From the NCBI RefSeq assembly GCF_006345805.1, contig NC_042999.1:11160001-11224000 (forward strand): a DNA stretch of 64,000 nucleotides, written 5' to 3'. The translations under genes and the position numbers were made by a program. Numbering within the stretch: position 1 is the first letter of the stretch; the number at the start of each line of letters is the position of its first letter. The notes under the pieces were generated by a model that saw only the letters and a list, made by a program, of their open reading frames with translations, was not told the DNA's origin and ran no database searches. The DNA is from Octopus sinensis (Eukaryota). This document shows, one piece after another, positions 1-12,665 of the stretch.

Positions 1-1662
1 TTGGTGGTGGTGTTGGTGGTGGTATTGGTTGTGGTGGTTTTGGTGGTGGTGTTGGTGGTGGTATTGGTTGTGGTGGTGTTGGTGGTGGTATTGGTTGTGG
101 TGGTATTGGTGGTGGTGTTGGTGGTGGTTTTGTTGTGGTGGTGTTGGTGGTGGTGTTGGTGGTGGTGTTGGTGGTGGTATTGGTTGTGGTGGTATTGGTG
201 GTGGTGTTGGTGGTGGTATTGGTTGTGGTGGTGTTGGTGGTGGTATTGGTTGTGGTGGTATTGGTGGTGGTGTTGGTGATGGTATTGGTGGTGGTGTTGG
301 TGGTGGTGTTGGTGGTGGTGTTGGTGGTGGTATTGGTTGTGTGGTGTTGGTGGTGGTGTTGGTGGTGGTATTGGTGGTGGTGGTATTGGTGGTGGTATTG
401 GTGGTGGTATTGGTGGTGGTGGTGTTGGTGGTGGTGTTGGTGGTGGTGTTGGTGGTGGTATTGGTGGTGGTATTGGTGATGGTATTGGTGGTGGTGGTGT
501 TGGTGGTTGTGTTGGTGGTGGTATTGGTGGTGGTGGTATTGGTGGTGGTATTGGTGGTGGTATTGGTGGTGGTGGTGTTGGTGGTGGTGTTGGTGGTGGT
601 GTTGGTGGTGGTATTGGTGGTGGTGGTATTGGTGGTGGTATTGGTGGTGGTATTGGTGGTGGTGTTGGTGGTGGTATTGGTTGTGGTGGTATTGGTGGTG
701 GTGTTGGTGGTGGTATTGGTTGTGGTGGTGTTGGTGGTGGTGTTGGTGGTGGTATTGGTTGTGGTGGTATTGGTGGTGGTATTGGTGGTGGTATTGGTGG
801 TGGTGTTGGTGGTGGTATTGGTGTTGGTATTGGTGGTGGTTGGTGGTGGTGTTGGTGGTGGTGGTGTTGGTGGTGGTGGTGTTGGTGGTGGTGTTGGTGG
901 TGGTATTGGTTGTGGTGGTGTTGGTGGTGGTATTGGTGGTGGTATTGGTGGTGGTATTGGTGGTGGTGTTGGTGGTGGTAGTGTGGTGGTATTGGTTTGG
1001 TGGTTGGTGGTGTGGTATTGGTGGGTGGTATTGGTGGTGGTGTTGGTGGTGGTATTGGTTGTGGTGGTGTTGGTGGTGGTATTGGTTGTGGTGGTATTGC
1101 TGGTGGTATTGGTGGTGGTATTGGTGGTGGTGTTGGTGGTGGTATTGGTGGTGGTATTGGTGGTGGTATTGGTGGTGGTATTGGTGGTGGTGTTGGTGGT
1201 GGTGGTGTTGGTGGTGGTGTTGGTGGTGGTATTGGTGGTGGTATTGGTGGTGGTATTGGTGGTGGTATTGGTGGTGGTGTTGGTGTTTTTATTGTTGGTG
1301 GTGTTGGTGGTGGTATTGGTGGTGGTATTGGTGATGGTATTGGTGGCGGTGGTGTTGGTGGTGGTATTGGTGGTGGTGGTGTTGGTGGTGGTGTTGGTGG
1401 TGGTGTTGGTGGTGGTGTTGGTGGTGGTGGTGTTGGTGGTGGTGTTGGTGGTGGTATTGGTTGTGGTGGTGTTGGTGGTGGTGTTGGTGGTGGTATTGGT
1501 GGTGGTATTGGTGGTGGTATTGGTGGTGGTGTTAGTGGTGGTATTGGTGGTGGTATTGGTGGTGGTATTGGTGGTGGTATTGGTGGTGGTGTTGTTGGTG
1601 TTATTGGTGGTGGTGTTGGTGGTGGTATTGGTTGTGGTGGTATTGGTGGTGGTGTTGGTGGT
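1..1662. repeat. Degenerate (GGT)n trinucleotide satellite with GTT/ATT/TGT interruptions
   Basis: Continuous ggtggtgtt/ggtggtatt units. The long poly-V, poly-G and W-rich ORFs in the track are by-products of the repeat. Confidence 0.95.
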
Positions 1663-1699
1663 AATAGTGGGGGTGATTGTGACAGTGGTATTGATAGTG

Positions 1700-1843
1700 G
1701 TGCTAATGATGATGATGATGACGACAATGATAAGGTGATGATTATGATGATGTTCATGGACAACAATGATGATAATGATGACAATGATGAGAATGATGAC
1801 AACAACGTCATTGATGACGAAGAGGAGGAGGAGGAGGAGGAAG
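1700..1843. repeat. Low-complexity (GAT/GAC/AAT)n then (GAG)n tract
   Basis: gatgatgatgatgacgacaat... followed by gaggaggaggag. Confidence 0.85.
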
Positions 1844-2654
1844 CACTTAACTGTGTCGGCCTTAACTCAGTAAAACAGTTTGTATTTTTGTTTTTTCTGT
1901 TGGTCTTTCAGAATAAATTTGCATGGAATATGTAAAGTTGGGTGTATTTTATACTTTTTAATATTTCAGTTTTCTTTGAATTGGATTAAGGATGGAACAA
2001 CACCATCATTGTTCCAATTAGGCCGTCAGAATACAATAAAAAAAAAAATAAACCCGAATTGATTCATGGCTTGTTGTAAAATATGAGATATTCAACAACA
2101 TGTCTACCCTGCAGAGAAAGAAAAAGACACCCTGAGTGTTGTCCCATGACAAAGAGAAGAGAATGAGTTGTCTGTGTTAGTTTGAGAGTAGACAATAATA
2201 GTGACTGGATTGTCAGTTTTCTTAATTAGTAAACTCAGATGTGTTATATGTTCAGTGCCATAGTCATTGTCTGGAGGTAGAATAACCAAAGTGGATGGCA
2301 TGGCTGGTGGCCAAGAAGTTTGCTTCTTAACCACAAGGTTTTCACTTTGGTCCTATTGCATGCCACCTTGGTCAAGTGTCTTTTATTGTAGCTCTGGAAA
2401 TGATTCTGAGCCTTGTTAGTAGATTTGGTAGACAGAAAAAAAATAATTCTTATTGATGGAAGCCTGTTGACTGAGTTGAGAAACGACTGAGTTTGTTATC
2501 CTAGTTCTGTTGAAAGACATTGCATTTGTTTTAATCAACTTTTGAAAATAATGAAGAATTTAGCAAAATAACTGTCAAACCATCTAACCCATGCCAGCAT
2601 GGAAAGCAGACGTTAAATGATGATGATAATGATTATATATATATATATATATAT

Positions 2655-2922
2655 AAGTTCAGCAAAATTTAGAATATGGTACTTAAGTTAAAGGCACCAG
2701 AATTTGGTATGGTATTATCCATATAAATCAAATGGGGTGATTATAATCAAAATAAGCAACAAGGATATCCAAGTTAGTGTAGTACAATCGTTTCATTCTG
2801 TATGTGGCTGAAGATTGCTTTACATTTTAAAACTGATGTAATACTTAAAGTGTTTAATAAAAATGAAGTAGCATGAAACGATTGTACTACACTACCTTTG
2901 GATATCCTTGTTGCTTATTTTG

Positions 2923-2928
<6 letters not shown>
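2655..2928 (+). mobile_element. Short non-autonomous hammerhead-containing element (Penelope-like/retrozyme-like, family H1) flanked by (TA)n
   Basis: 55/56-bp inverted arms at 2742-2796 and 2873-2928 enclose a hammerhead core. Homologous pieces occur at 20760-21212 and 42063-42186. (TA)n lies on both sides. Confidence 0.65.
2803..2891 (+). ncRNA. Type I hammerhead ribozyme motif with extended helix II
   Basis: Helix I TGTGG/CTACA; CTGAAGA 2808-2814; helix II TGCT...AGCA with inner CATTTT/AAAATG; GAAA 2875-2878; short helix III AC-GATT-GT; GUA cleavage triplet ending 2886. Pair 10.1/11.1 is U-U (non-canonical). Confidence 0.65.

Positions 2929-2996
<68 letters not shown>
2925..2996. repeat. 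(TA)n microsatellite
   Basis: Pure TA run. Confidence 0.95.
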
Positions 2997-3001
<5 letters not shown>

Positions 3002-3559
3002 TGTATGTTGTATGTATGTATATGTAATGTGTATGTATGTATATATATATATGCATGTATGTATATATCAATTTAATGAACACAATTAATAACTCTTACA
3101 AAAGAGTTACTAATAGTTTCATGCTTTTAAGATACATTAAATTGGCAGATTTGGATAACATGCCATGTATCTTTCCAGCAATCTTTCAGGCTCAGTTGAC
3201 TTATTAGATTTATTTGAAAACCAGGATGCTGAACTATGAGAAAATATGAGAAAATACGAGAAAAAAATTAGAAGAAAAATACGCAAAGAAGGTTGATGCA
3301 AAAAATTTGAATGAGAAGAAAGAAAAGAAGAGAAGTAAACGAAGATCTTTGTCCTGTTTGTCTGTAGAAATCCTAATGAATGTAGTTGTTATAGAATGAT
3401 ATTGCAGAAAGGAGGTGAAAGTCTGCAAAACAGCTTTAGAATCTGGATTTGAAGCACAGTCTTTGTTTTGGTTAATAATGAAGAATTTAAAATAATAATA
3501 TATATAATAATAATGAAATTATTGTATACAGTGCTCAGGTGCACCACAAAAACAAATTA

Positions 3560-3721
3560 CGGGTGAGCGCGAACGCAGACCCCACACTTAGAAATAGCGC
3601 ACCCAAGTCGCCCACATTTGGGGCGATCGCAAAGATCAACCCAACAGGAGTGCAATGGAAGGGCCTCACTCTGGGAGAACCACCTTGTTGATCATGGTTT
3701 ACCCCTGTGCCAGGTAAGTAT
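3560..3721 (-). pseudogene. U1: Full-length U1 snRNA copy, probable pseudogene or variant
   Basis: Reverse complement reads ATACTTACCTGGCACAGGGGTAAACCATGATCAACAAGGTGGTT...CCATTGCACTCC...TCGCCCCAAATGTGGGCGA...GCGTTCGCGCTCACCCG. The 5' splice-site-binding end, SL1 loop, U1A loop, SL3 and the UUCG-capped SL4 are all recognisable (162 nt). The Sm site is aberrant, and the upstream flank is a MITE fragment rather than a visible snRNA promoter. Confidence 0.9.
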
Positions 3722-4419
3722 GGCAGGTAAGTATTATTAGTGAAATAATAGTAATTATTTGTTGCTTGGAACATAAATTAACAAGAAATGTTCATGGAAA
3801 GGTTTAAGTCAGATTACTTTAATCCTTATGTTACTATATTTCCATTTGAATAAACTGTTTTTGTTTTAATTATGTTGAAAATAACGAAGAATTCAGTAAA
3901 ATAACTCTGTTATTATTAAGCTGGGACATAAATTAACGAGAAATTTTAATGAAAAGTTTTAAATTTGGATCACTTAAAAACATTTCAAATGTTCTTTACA
4001 ACTTTGCCATTGGGTATGCACCCAGTTAAAATAACAGAGGGAGAGGGGAAGAGGGAGAAAGAGGGAGAGAGAGAGAGAGAGAGAGAGTATGTGTGTGTGT
4101 GAGTGTGGATGCATTTGCTAGTTTCCAAATTTTGAACATTTCTGTGTACTTTAGTGTGGATAGCTTAAAATACGATGACCTTCCTTATGTTAACCATTCA
4201 ATGAAGATTTTATCAAACCTGTATCCACACAGCAAGATTTAGTGACAAGATAAATTTAGATCTTTGGAAAGGGACTATTTTTAAAAATAATTCTCAGTTT
4301 TATTTACAATGTTTTTTCATATCAATGATATTCTAAATAGATTTTACATATGGACCAATTTTAGATGTAGGCATAAATATTTAGATATATGCACATAGAT
4401 ACACACATGTATGTGTGTA

Positions 4420-4458
4420 TATAAATATAAATATATATATATATGTATATATATGTGT

Positions 4459-4552
<94 letters not shown>

Positions 4553-4567
4553 TATATATATAATATA

Positions 4568-4610
<43 letters not shown>

Positions 4611-4618
4611 ATGTATAA

Positions 4619-4669
<51 letters not shown>

Positions 4670-4755
4670 GTATGTATGTATATATGTATATATATATGAT
4701 ATATACACATATATATGTTTGTATGTAAGTATATATATATATATAAAGTACACAT

Positions 4756-4804
<49 letters not shown>

Positions 4805-4866
4805 CACACACGCACACACACGCACGCACACACACACACACACACACACAACACACACACACACAT
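4420..4866. repeat. Compound (TA)n/(CA)n microsatellite
   Basis: Direct reading. Confidence 0.95.
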
Positions 4867-4867
4867 A

Positions 4868-6063
4868 CAGGGTGCAGACAGTATTTGTTTGCAATTTTTA
4901 GCTGCTAATTTTATGCGTTTTTGTTTTTTACTTTCTTGTCTGTTTTTCTTTTTAAAAAAACCATTTTTGCTTCTTTTTTTTGCAGAATAACTGGAAAATT
5001 TTGAACTTCCCAACTTATGGAAAAGGCATGGAATCCTGGGAATCCAAGCTGGAAGAACAAACAAGGAGATTTCAGAATTTCCTCAATGTCAGCAGAAGAA
5101 TGGTGGTAAAGATCAGAAAGAAGTGGGAAGATTCTTGATTCAACTACGAGGTAACAGCAGGGAGGAAAACCGAAGATTGACTGATGCCATCAGAATGCTG
5201 GAATTCATCAGTGGAATCCAGGAGATTATCAACAGGAGATCTCAGCAAGTTGAAGTGTGCCATTGCTCGGGAAGAAAGGTGTGGGTGAAAAGCTCACCAG
5301 GTTTGTGATGCCTGAGAACATTCACTACTTTTCATACAAAATGAGGAAGGGACGATTTCTGTCCAAGACAGGAAAAGTAACTCAGGCTGATCAACAAGCT
5401 GAAACGCCCATTGGAGCCAGACATGCGGTGGTTCTTCTTTAATGAGAATTTCTGCCATGACCAAAGGATCAACTCCCAGAAGAACAGGAGGCTTGCTGTC
5501 TCGCCCAAAGATGTACCCAAAGACATGCAGACGTAAGTTCAGAGTCATCGAGAGTGAAGATGATGTCATGCTACCCCCACTTATTCCATGAGAGCCTCAG
5601 GCTGAACATCACGGCTACATCCATGTTCTGAGCAAGATAGTGGTTGACAGGGTAGCTGCAAGAAGCACGTACAAGTGGCACTAAGACTCTGCACCTTGTC
5701 ACACCAGCTAGAAGACCCAGGCCTGACTGTCAGAGAATTCCTTCAATCACACAGCACCTGACATTTGGCCTCCCAATTTGCCTGACTGCAATCCCCCTGA
5801 CTTCTTGGTGTGGGGTGCAGTGGAATGAGAGACCAACAAATCCAGCTGCATTATGAAGGACAAGATGAGGGCCATGGTAACAGGGACTTCAGGGGCCTAA
5901 AACAGGAAACAGTGGTGAAAGCCTGTGGCCGGTTCTGAGGTTGCTTGGAGGTTGTCAGCAAAGCCAAAAGTGGGTTCATTGAGTAAGATCAACAGAACAT
6001 GTCATGAAGACAAACTTGATGAATACCCTAGTCATCATGTGAACAAATACTGTCTGCACCCTG
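4868..6063 (+). mobile_element. Tc1/mariner DNA transposon, DD37D (maT) type, inactive
   Basis: 22-bp TIRs CAGGGTGCAGACAGTATTTGTT at both ends, TA on the left. Decayed transposase with D-SAPCHTS*KTQA*LSENSFNHTAPDIWPPNLPDCNPP-D, giving 37 residues between the second and third D. Multiple stops and frameshifts. Confidence 0.9.
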
Positions 6064-6204
6064 AGTAGACATCTATCATATAGCAGCAAGTAATATCTGT
6101 GTGGTTAAGAAGCTTGCTTCCAAACTACATGGTTTGGGGTTCAGTCCCACTGTCTGGTACTTTGGGCAAGTGTCTTCTACTATAGCCTCAGGCCAACCAA
6201 AGAA

Positions 6205-7425
6205 AAATTTATATAATTTTGTAGCTTAATAACTTGACAAATCCTCATTCAAATGATCTGAAATTTTAACATGTATAGAAACAACTCAAAATTCTGTTTA
6301 ATGTTTTATAGCTTTTTTCTTTTCTTGTCTTTTCTTGTCAGAAGAAAAGGTATTTTTTATATAAGAGTATGTTCGGACACAATCAAACAAGACTGTGTGG
6401 TATGCACATGTAAAAGAATTTGCCAAAAATTGCAATGCAGATTTGGACATGGCATAAAATGTTCAAAGAAGAAGGCTGTCTGTACTGGGCAAAAGGATCT
6501 GGACGACCACCAGTATTGGAAGAGATAACCAAGTGGGTTTGAGAAGCCTCAGAAAATCCATATGAAGAGCAAGTGTGGAAACCCAGATTCCTCCAAAGAC
6601 AGTTTGGCTTATCACAAGGAAACCCCAGTGGATGACATCCTAAAAGCTGCTGTTCATTCAGGCCTTAAAGACAGATGACAAAAGTGCAAGCAATTCTGTG
6701 TCAATGTGCAAGAGAAACTTGAAGCAGACAAGTTTAAAAAATGTCTTGTTTTCAGTGATAATGCCACATTACATAGGAATGGCAAAGTTAACAAGTATAA
6801 TCTTTGCGTTTGGGGCAAAGAAAATTCTCACTAAAAGGGAATCTGTTCTGTTCCACACTTTTATTTGAGGGAAATGTGACCAACAGTGTTTATCTGCAAA
6901 TGCCTCAGAACAGATTAATTGATAATCTCATTGCAAATGAATCTGAACACCATCACTTATCAACCGTGAGGGTTTGACCTCACTGGAAGCTCGCTGAGAA
7001 GCCTTGTCTGAATGCGAATCTGCGAGGGAGACGGATGAGGGAGGCTGGTGGTGAAGACAATGTGTTGTTGAAATGGTTGTCACATTTGTTGGACCTGACA
7101 CCTTGCAGTTTTTTCTTCTGGGTCTATGCAAAGGGACTGGTCTTTGTCCCTTCCTAGCTTAGACGAACTCAAGCAGAGAATCACTGCCACACTGAAGAAT
7201 GTTACTCAAAGGATGCTGCAGTGTGTCTCGCAGGAGTTGGCCTACCAACTTGACTTCTGCTGTGTCATAGGTGGTGGGCATATTAAAAACTTGCAAAATC
7301 CTGTGAAATCATCCATGAAATTTTACTTTTGAATTTCTTATTTAAATTTTGATGAATAAATTGTAATTTTCTCAACATTAAACGTTTAGTTTCATTTGCC
7401 TAAATTAAATTATATCAACACCTTG
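6205..7425 (+). mobile_element. Degenerate Tc1/mariner transposon remnant (different family)
   Basis: N-terminal EEKVF..EYVRTQSNKTV-like segment near 6340 and C-terminal DLTPCSFFFWVYAK...LPSLDELKQRITATL near 7090-7290, resembling the PDLTPCDFFLWGYVK motif. Ends approximate. Confidence 0.7.
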
Positions 7426-7518
7426 TGTGTGTGTGTGCGTGTGCATGTGTGTGTGTGTGTGTGTGTGTGTTTGTGTGTGCGTGTGTGCATGTATGTGTGT
7501 GTGTGCGTGTGTGTGATG

Positions 7519-7549
<31 letters not shown>

Positions 7550-7819
7550 TGCTCATGTCCATGTGTGTTTGTGTGTTTTGTGTCTACATTCGCCCCCACC
7601 ACCACTTGAGAATTAGTGTTAGTGTCATTATATTCTAACTTAGCAGTTCAGCAAAACAGAACAATAGAATAAGTCCAACCGTGGGTATGAATATTGTATA
7701 CCAATATTGTTGGGAAAGAAAAGGAGTCAATATTAAATGCAAAGATAGACATAAGTGGGATTTTTAACTGAAATAACGAGTAATTAAAAATGCAAAATTC
7801 CATGTGAAACAACCTAATA

Positions 7820-8025
7820 TATACATACATACATACATACATACATACATACATACATACATGCATACATACATACATACATACATACATGCATGCATAC
7901 ATACATACATACATACATGCATGCATGCATACATACATACATACATACATACATACATACATACATACATACATGCATACATACATACATACATACATGC
8001 ATGCATACATACATACATACATACA

Positions 8026-8054
<29 letters not shown>
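7820..8054. repeat. (ACAT)n tetranucleotide microsatellite with GCAT interruptions
   Basis: Direct reading. Confidence 0.95.
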
Positions 8055-8072
<18 letters not shown>

Positions 8073-8073
8073 T

Positions 8074-8998
8074 ATCATCATCCTCATCATCGTTTAATGT
8101 CCATTGTCCATGCTGGCATGGGTTGGATGCTTTGACCAGGGCTGGTAACCTGGAAGGCTGCACCAGACTCCAGTCTGTTTTGGTATGGTTCTCTATGGCT
8201 GGATGCTCTTCCTAACGCTAACCAACCTGAGAGCATAATGAGTGCTTTTATGTGCCACTGGCACGGGTGCCATTTGCATGACACCAGTATCTGCCACAAC
8301 TGTGATTTTGCATGGCTTGATGGGTTTTCTTCTCAAGCGTGACATAATGCCAAAGGTCTTGGTCATTGCCTCCGTGAGGCCCAACACTTGAAAGGAATTC
8401 AGCCGCCTTGCCTCCATGAGGCCCAATGCTCAAATGGTGCCCTTTACATGTCACCAGCATGGGTGCTAGTTATGTGACACCAACATCAACCATGACCATG
8501 ATTTCACTTGGCCTGACAGATCTTCTCAAGCACAAAATATTGCCAAGGGTCTTGGTCCCTAATCATTGTCTCTGTGTGGCTCAAAGTTTGAAGTTTATGA
8601 TTCACCACTTCATCCCATGTCTTCCTGGATCTACCTCTACCACAGGATCCCTCCACAGTTAAAGATTGGCACTTCTTTACACAGCTGTCCTCATCCATAT
8701 GCATCATATGACCACACCAACACAGTCATCTTTCTTGCACACCACATCTGATGCCTCTTATGCCTAACTTTTCTTTCAAGATGCTTACACTCTGTCGTGT
8801 ATGCACACTGACATTGCACATCCAACGAAGCATACTGGCTTCATGTCTTTCAAGCCTACACATATCCTCAGCTGTCACAGCCCATGTTTCACTGCCATGT
8901 GGCATGGTTGTTCACACATGGGCATCATACAATCTACCTTTCATTCTGAGAGAGAGGCCCTTTGTCGCCAGCAGAGGTAGGAGCTCTCTGAACTTTGC
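8074..8998 (-). mobile_element. RTE LINE 3' fragment (ORF2 C-terminus, 3' UTR, GAT tail)
   Basis: Minus strand reads KFRELLPLLATKGLSLRMKGRLYDACVRT..HGSETWAVTAEDM.RLER.EASMLRWMC. It ends in the same 3' UTR and (GAT)n tail as the long copy at 21.5 kb. Confidence 0.85.
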
Positions 8999-10142
8999 CC
9001 AGTCTTTTCTGATGTTAAGATGGGTTAATCAAATATATTATTGAGGCATTTTTTTAAATGTCAGATGTTCTTCCCATTACATCATTACTGGCTTTTCAAC
9101 AGACCTTATGTATGTATCTTTGATGGTGCAAAATCTTGTGTATGTGTGTGTATGTGCGTGTGTGTGTGTTTGTGCGTGCATGTGTGTGTATGTGTGTATG
9201 TGTGTGTGTGTGTGTGTGCATGAGTGTGTGTGTGTGTACGTGCATGTTTCTGTGTATATGTTACATAATTCCTAATTCCAAAAACACCCATTTTCGATGC
9301 AGATGGAGGATTTCAATGAATGACGGCAGCTGCAGTTTCTGCAAGAAAAGAATGTTAGGCAAAGGGTGCAAGAAAGAGAATCCCAAAGAATGGTAAGGCG
9401 TGATTTAGACTTTCCAAGTGAGAAAGACAAAGAATATCTGAGTCAAAGAGAAACAGCTTGACTTTGAACGACGACGGCAAAGGTAAGGATTGTCTTAAGA
9501 AGTAGACATTTGGCAGAAACTGAAGAAGAGGTAGGAGGAGGAGGAGGAGGAGGGAGAAGAGGAGGGTTGAAAAATGATAACAACAGAAGCAAGGCTGGAA
9601 GTGTTGAAGTAGAAAGAAAAAAAGAATGGCAGAAAGAAGAGACAATGAACTAGAAGAAGAAAGAAAGGAATGAGAAAAAGGAAAAAGAAAAAACAAGATG
9701 AATAAGTAAAAGACTAGAATGAAAATGGATAGGAAGGAGAAAGAATGATTACAAGAGACAGATATAGGGTTCCTCAAAGAAATTGAAGGAAATGGTATCA
9801 GCAGAAGATGAAGAAATGTAAATATCATCCAAAATAGACAAATTGCATGAGTTTAGAAGCAAAGAGATCAACAAATATATTTTTGAAGAAGGAAAATGGC
9901 TGCCATCATTCGTGTCAACCTCTGAGTGTTGTTTATCAATCATATATATATAGCCTAACATTTTATTTCTGTGAACCCTTTCCTTACCAAACCAGCTGAA
10001 ACTGGTCCTGAAATACAAATGTCTTGTTTTCATAAGTTCTGGATTAAAATCTTCCACCAAACTTTAGTCACAATTCATGTTTCTAACACCAGCTTAATTG
10101 ATATAACGAAGTTATTTGATGAAGTTCTTTGATATTCTTTTA

Positions 10143-10346
10143 TTCGTTTCAGTCATTTGACTACAGCCATGCTGGAGCACCACCTTTAGTTGAACAAATC
10201 AACCCCAGGACTTATTCTTTGTAAGCCTAGTACTTATTATATTGGTCTCTTTTGCTGAACTGCTAAGTTACGGGAGCATAAACACACCAGTATTGGTTGT
10301 CAAACGATGTTGCGGGGACAAACACAGACACACAAACATATACACA

Positions 10347-10431
<85 letters not shown>

Positions 10432-10557
10432 CAGGCTTCTTTCAGTTTCCGTCTACCAAATCCACTCACAAGGCTTTGGTCTGCCCGAGGCTATAGTAGA
10501 AGACACTTTCCCATGGTGCCATGCAGTGGGACTGAACCCGGAACCATGTGGTTGGTA
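10143..10557 (-). mobile_element. tRNA-derived SINE (family S1, internal CA microsatellite)
   Basis: Same head (ggttccgggttcagtcccactg), central block and tail (ggtgctccagcatggc...gtcaaatgactgaaac) as the copy at 37311. Confidence 0.85.
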
Positions 10558-10814
10558 TCTCAAAATAAATTTGGTAATGAAATGGTTAAAGTTGTCATTC
10601 AGATTAAGACTTCAATAATCTCTGTCATAAAAGTGAGATAATGTTGTTGAATTGAAAAGCAACACTATCAGATCTCAGGGCCAGATAGGAAGACTTAGCT
10701 TTAACGTTATCATTTGATAGGGTAAAAACAGCAGCCAAATTCCCTCAAATTACATCCGATTGTGTTAGACACATTGGTTAGAGAGATTCTGTTTCTTGTA
10801 CATTGTTGCATTCA

Positions 10815-11125
10815 TCATCATCATCATCATCATCATTTAACGTCCGCTTTCCATGCTAGCATGGGTTGACGATTTGACTGCGGTCTGTCAAACCAAGCTC
10901 CAATCTTGATCTGGCAGAGTTTCTACAGCTGGATGCCCTTCCTAACGCCAACCACTCCGAGAGTGTAGTGGGTGCTTTTTACATGCCACCAGCATGAGGG
11001 CCAGTTTGGTGGTACTGGCAACGGCCACGCCCAAATGGTGCTTTTTATGTGCCACCTGCACAGGAGCCAGTCCAGTGGCACTGGCAACGACCTCACTCGA
11101 ATGTTTCACGTGCCACCAGCACGAA
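10815..11125 (-). mobile_element. RTE 3' UTR fragment with (GAT)n tail
   Basis: catcatcat-ttaacgtccgctttccatgctagcatgggttg signature plus ggtgcttt..tgtgccacc subrepeats. Confidence 0.8.
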
Positions 11126-11531
11126 GGTGAGGAAATGACGTCAGCTGTACTTGCAGCTTTCCAGCAGAGAAAAAGTATGAAAGATGTTCGGAACTGAGAG
11201 AGGTGGTCATCTTGAAGCAGGAATTAGGAGAAACAAGAGCTTCTGTCTTCAGCCCTGGCATGTATTTAAAGCCACAGAAGAATAGAACATGACATGATGG
11301 TCAAAGCTGGAATGCCTTTGATCATAGGCCTGTTCAACCAAGGCTGACCTGGTGCTAAACAACAACAGCAATGATTTCTTCAGAATTCAATGAATCAACA
11401 CAAGGAATCCTAATTGAAATCATTAAATCTTACACCTCAATATCTTCCTTTACTTCACTGTGAACCCACATTTTCTGATGCTGCAGGTCATGGGCCACAT
11501 TGTGTTTGCCTTCATAACCAAATCTAATCAT

Positions 11532-11937
11532 TACTCTTTTATTCTTTTACTTGTTTCAGTCATTTGACTGCGGCCATGCTGGAGCACCGCCTTTAGTCGA
11601 GCAAATCGACCCCGGGACTTATTCTTTGTAAGCCCAGTACTTATTCTATTGGTCCCTTTTGCCGAACCGCTAAGTGACGGGGACGTAAACACACCAGCAT
11701 CGGTTGTCAAGCAATGCTAGGGGGACAAACACACTCACACAAACACATACATATATACATATACATATATACGACGGGCTTCTTTCAGTTTCCGTCTACC
11801 AAATCCACTCACAAGGCATTGGTCGGCCCGGGGCTATAGCAGAAGACACTTGCCCAAGATGCCACGCAGTGGGACTGAACCTGGAACCATGTGGTTGGTT
11901 AGCAAGCTACTTACCACACAGCCACTCCTGTGCCTAT
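11532..11937 (-). mobile_element. tRNA-derived SINE (family S1), full length
   Basis: Near-identical reverse complement of 37311-37720, including the taaaaga tail repeats. Confidence 0.9.
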
Positions 11938-12435
11938 AAAAGGAATTTCATTGGATGAGAGTCCTTATAATTTGCCCAGCTTTATGGAATACACTCCATA
12001 ATGGCCACTGATCTTAAGCAACCAGAATAATGAAGGATAACTGGTTCTCTGTTGGTCATGAAGACAAGAGACCCAGTTGATTTGATTAACAGAGCAGCCT
12101 GCTCATGAAATTAACATGCAAGTGGCTGAGTGCTCCACAGACACACGTACCCTTAACGTTGTTCTCAAGGAGATTCGGCCATGACACAGAATGTGGTAAG
12201 GCTGGCCCTCATTGAATTACTGGTACAAATCATTTTGGCCGACTGAATGGACTGGCTTCTCTGAAATTGCTGGCCTTGTGCCAAAATATGAAATTAATTT
12301 TAAAATGCCAAATACATTAGCACTCCTGAAGGAATGCGGTAACTCTTAGAAAACGAAATGTCTGACAAATCAAGGGATTTGTATGCCTGGCAGTTGATTT
12401 GGAATGAAGACAGTTAAATATATTGTTGAAGAAAA

Positions 12436-12665
12436 GGCGGCAAGCTGGCAGAAATGTCAGCGTGCCGGGCGAAATGCTTAGCAGTATTTCATCTGTCTTT
12501 ACGTTCTGAGTTCAAATTCCACTGAGGTCCACTTTGCCTTTCATCCTTTTGGGGTCGATAAATTAAGTACCAGTTTCGCACTGGGGTCGATGTAATCGAC
12601 TTAATCCCTTTGTCTGTCCTTGTTTGTCCCCTCTATGTTGAGCCCCTTGTGGGCAGTAAAGAAAT
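12436..12665 (+). mobile_element. tRNA-derived SINE (family S2)
   Basis: ggcggcaagctggcagaaatgtcagcg head, B-box-like gagttcaaattcc, ends gtaaagaaata. A reverse copy lies at 25112-25334. Confidence 0.85.

Noticed and set aside
1896-1930. NKFAW after an acceptor, reminiscent of the SMC6 AW motif
   Set aside because: Wrong order relative to the exon at 39897, and followed by a stop
1-1935. Long poly-Val, poly-Gly and Trp-rich ORFs
   Set aside because: They are translations of the GGT satellite in several frames, mostly from non-ATG starts
3247-3399. Lys/Glu-rich short reading frame (MRKYEKKLEEKYAKK...)
   Set aside because: About 50 codons in purine-rich low-complexity DNA; no recognisable homology or convincing splice pair
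4344-4990. Tyr/Ile, Cys/Val and His/Thr ORFs here and at many other TA/CA tracts
   Set aside because: Translations of microsatellites
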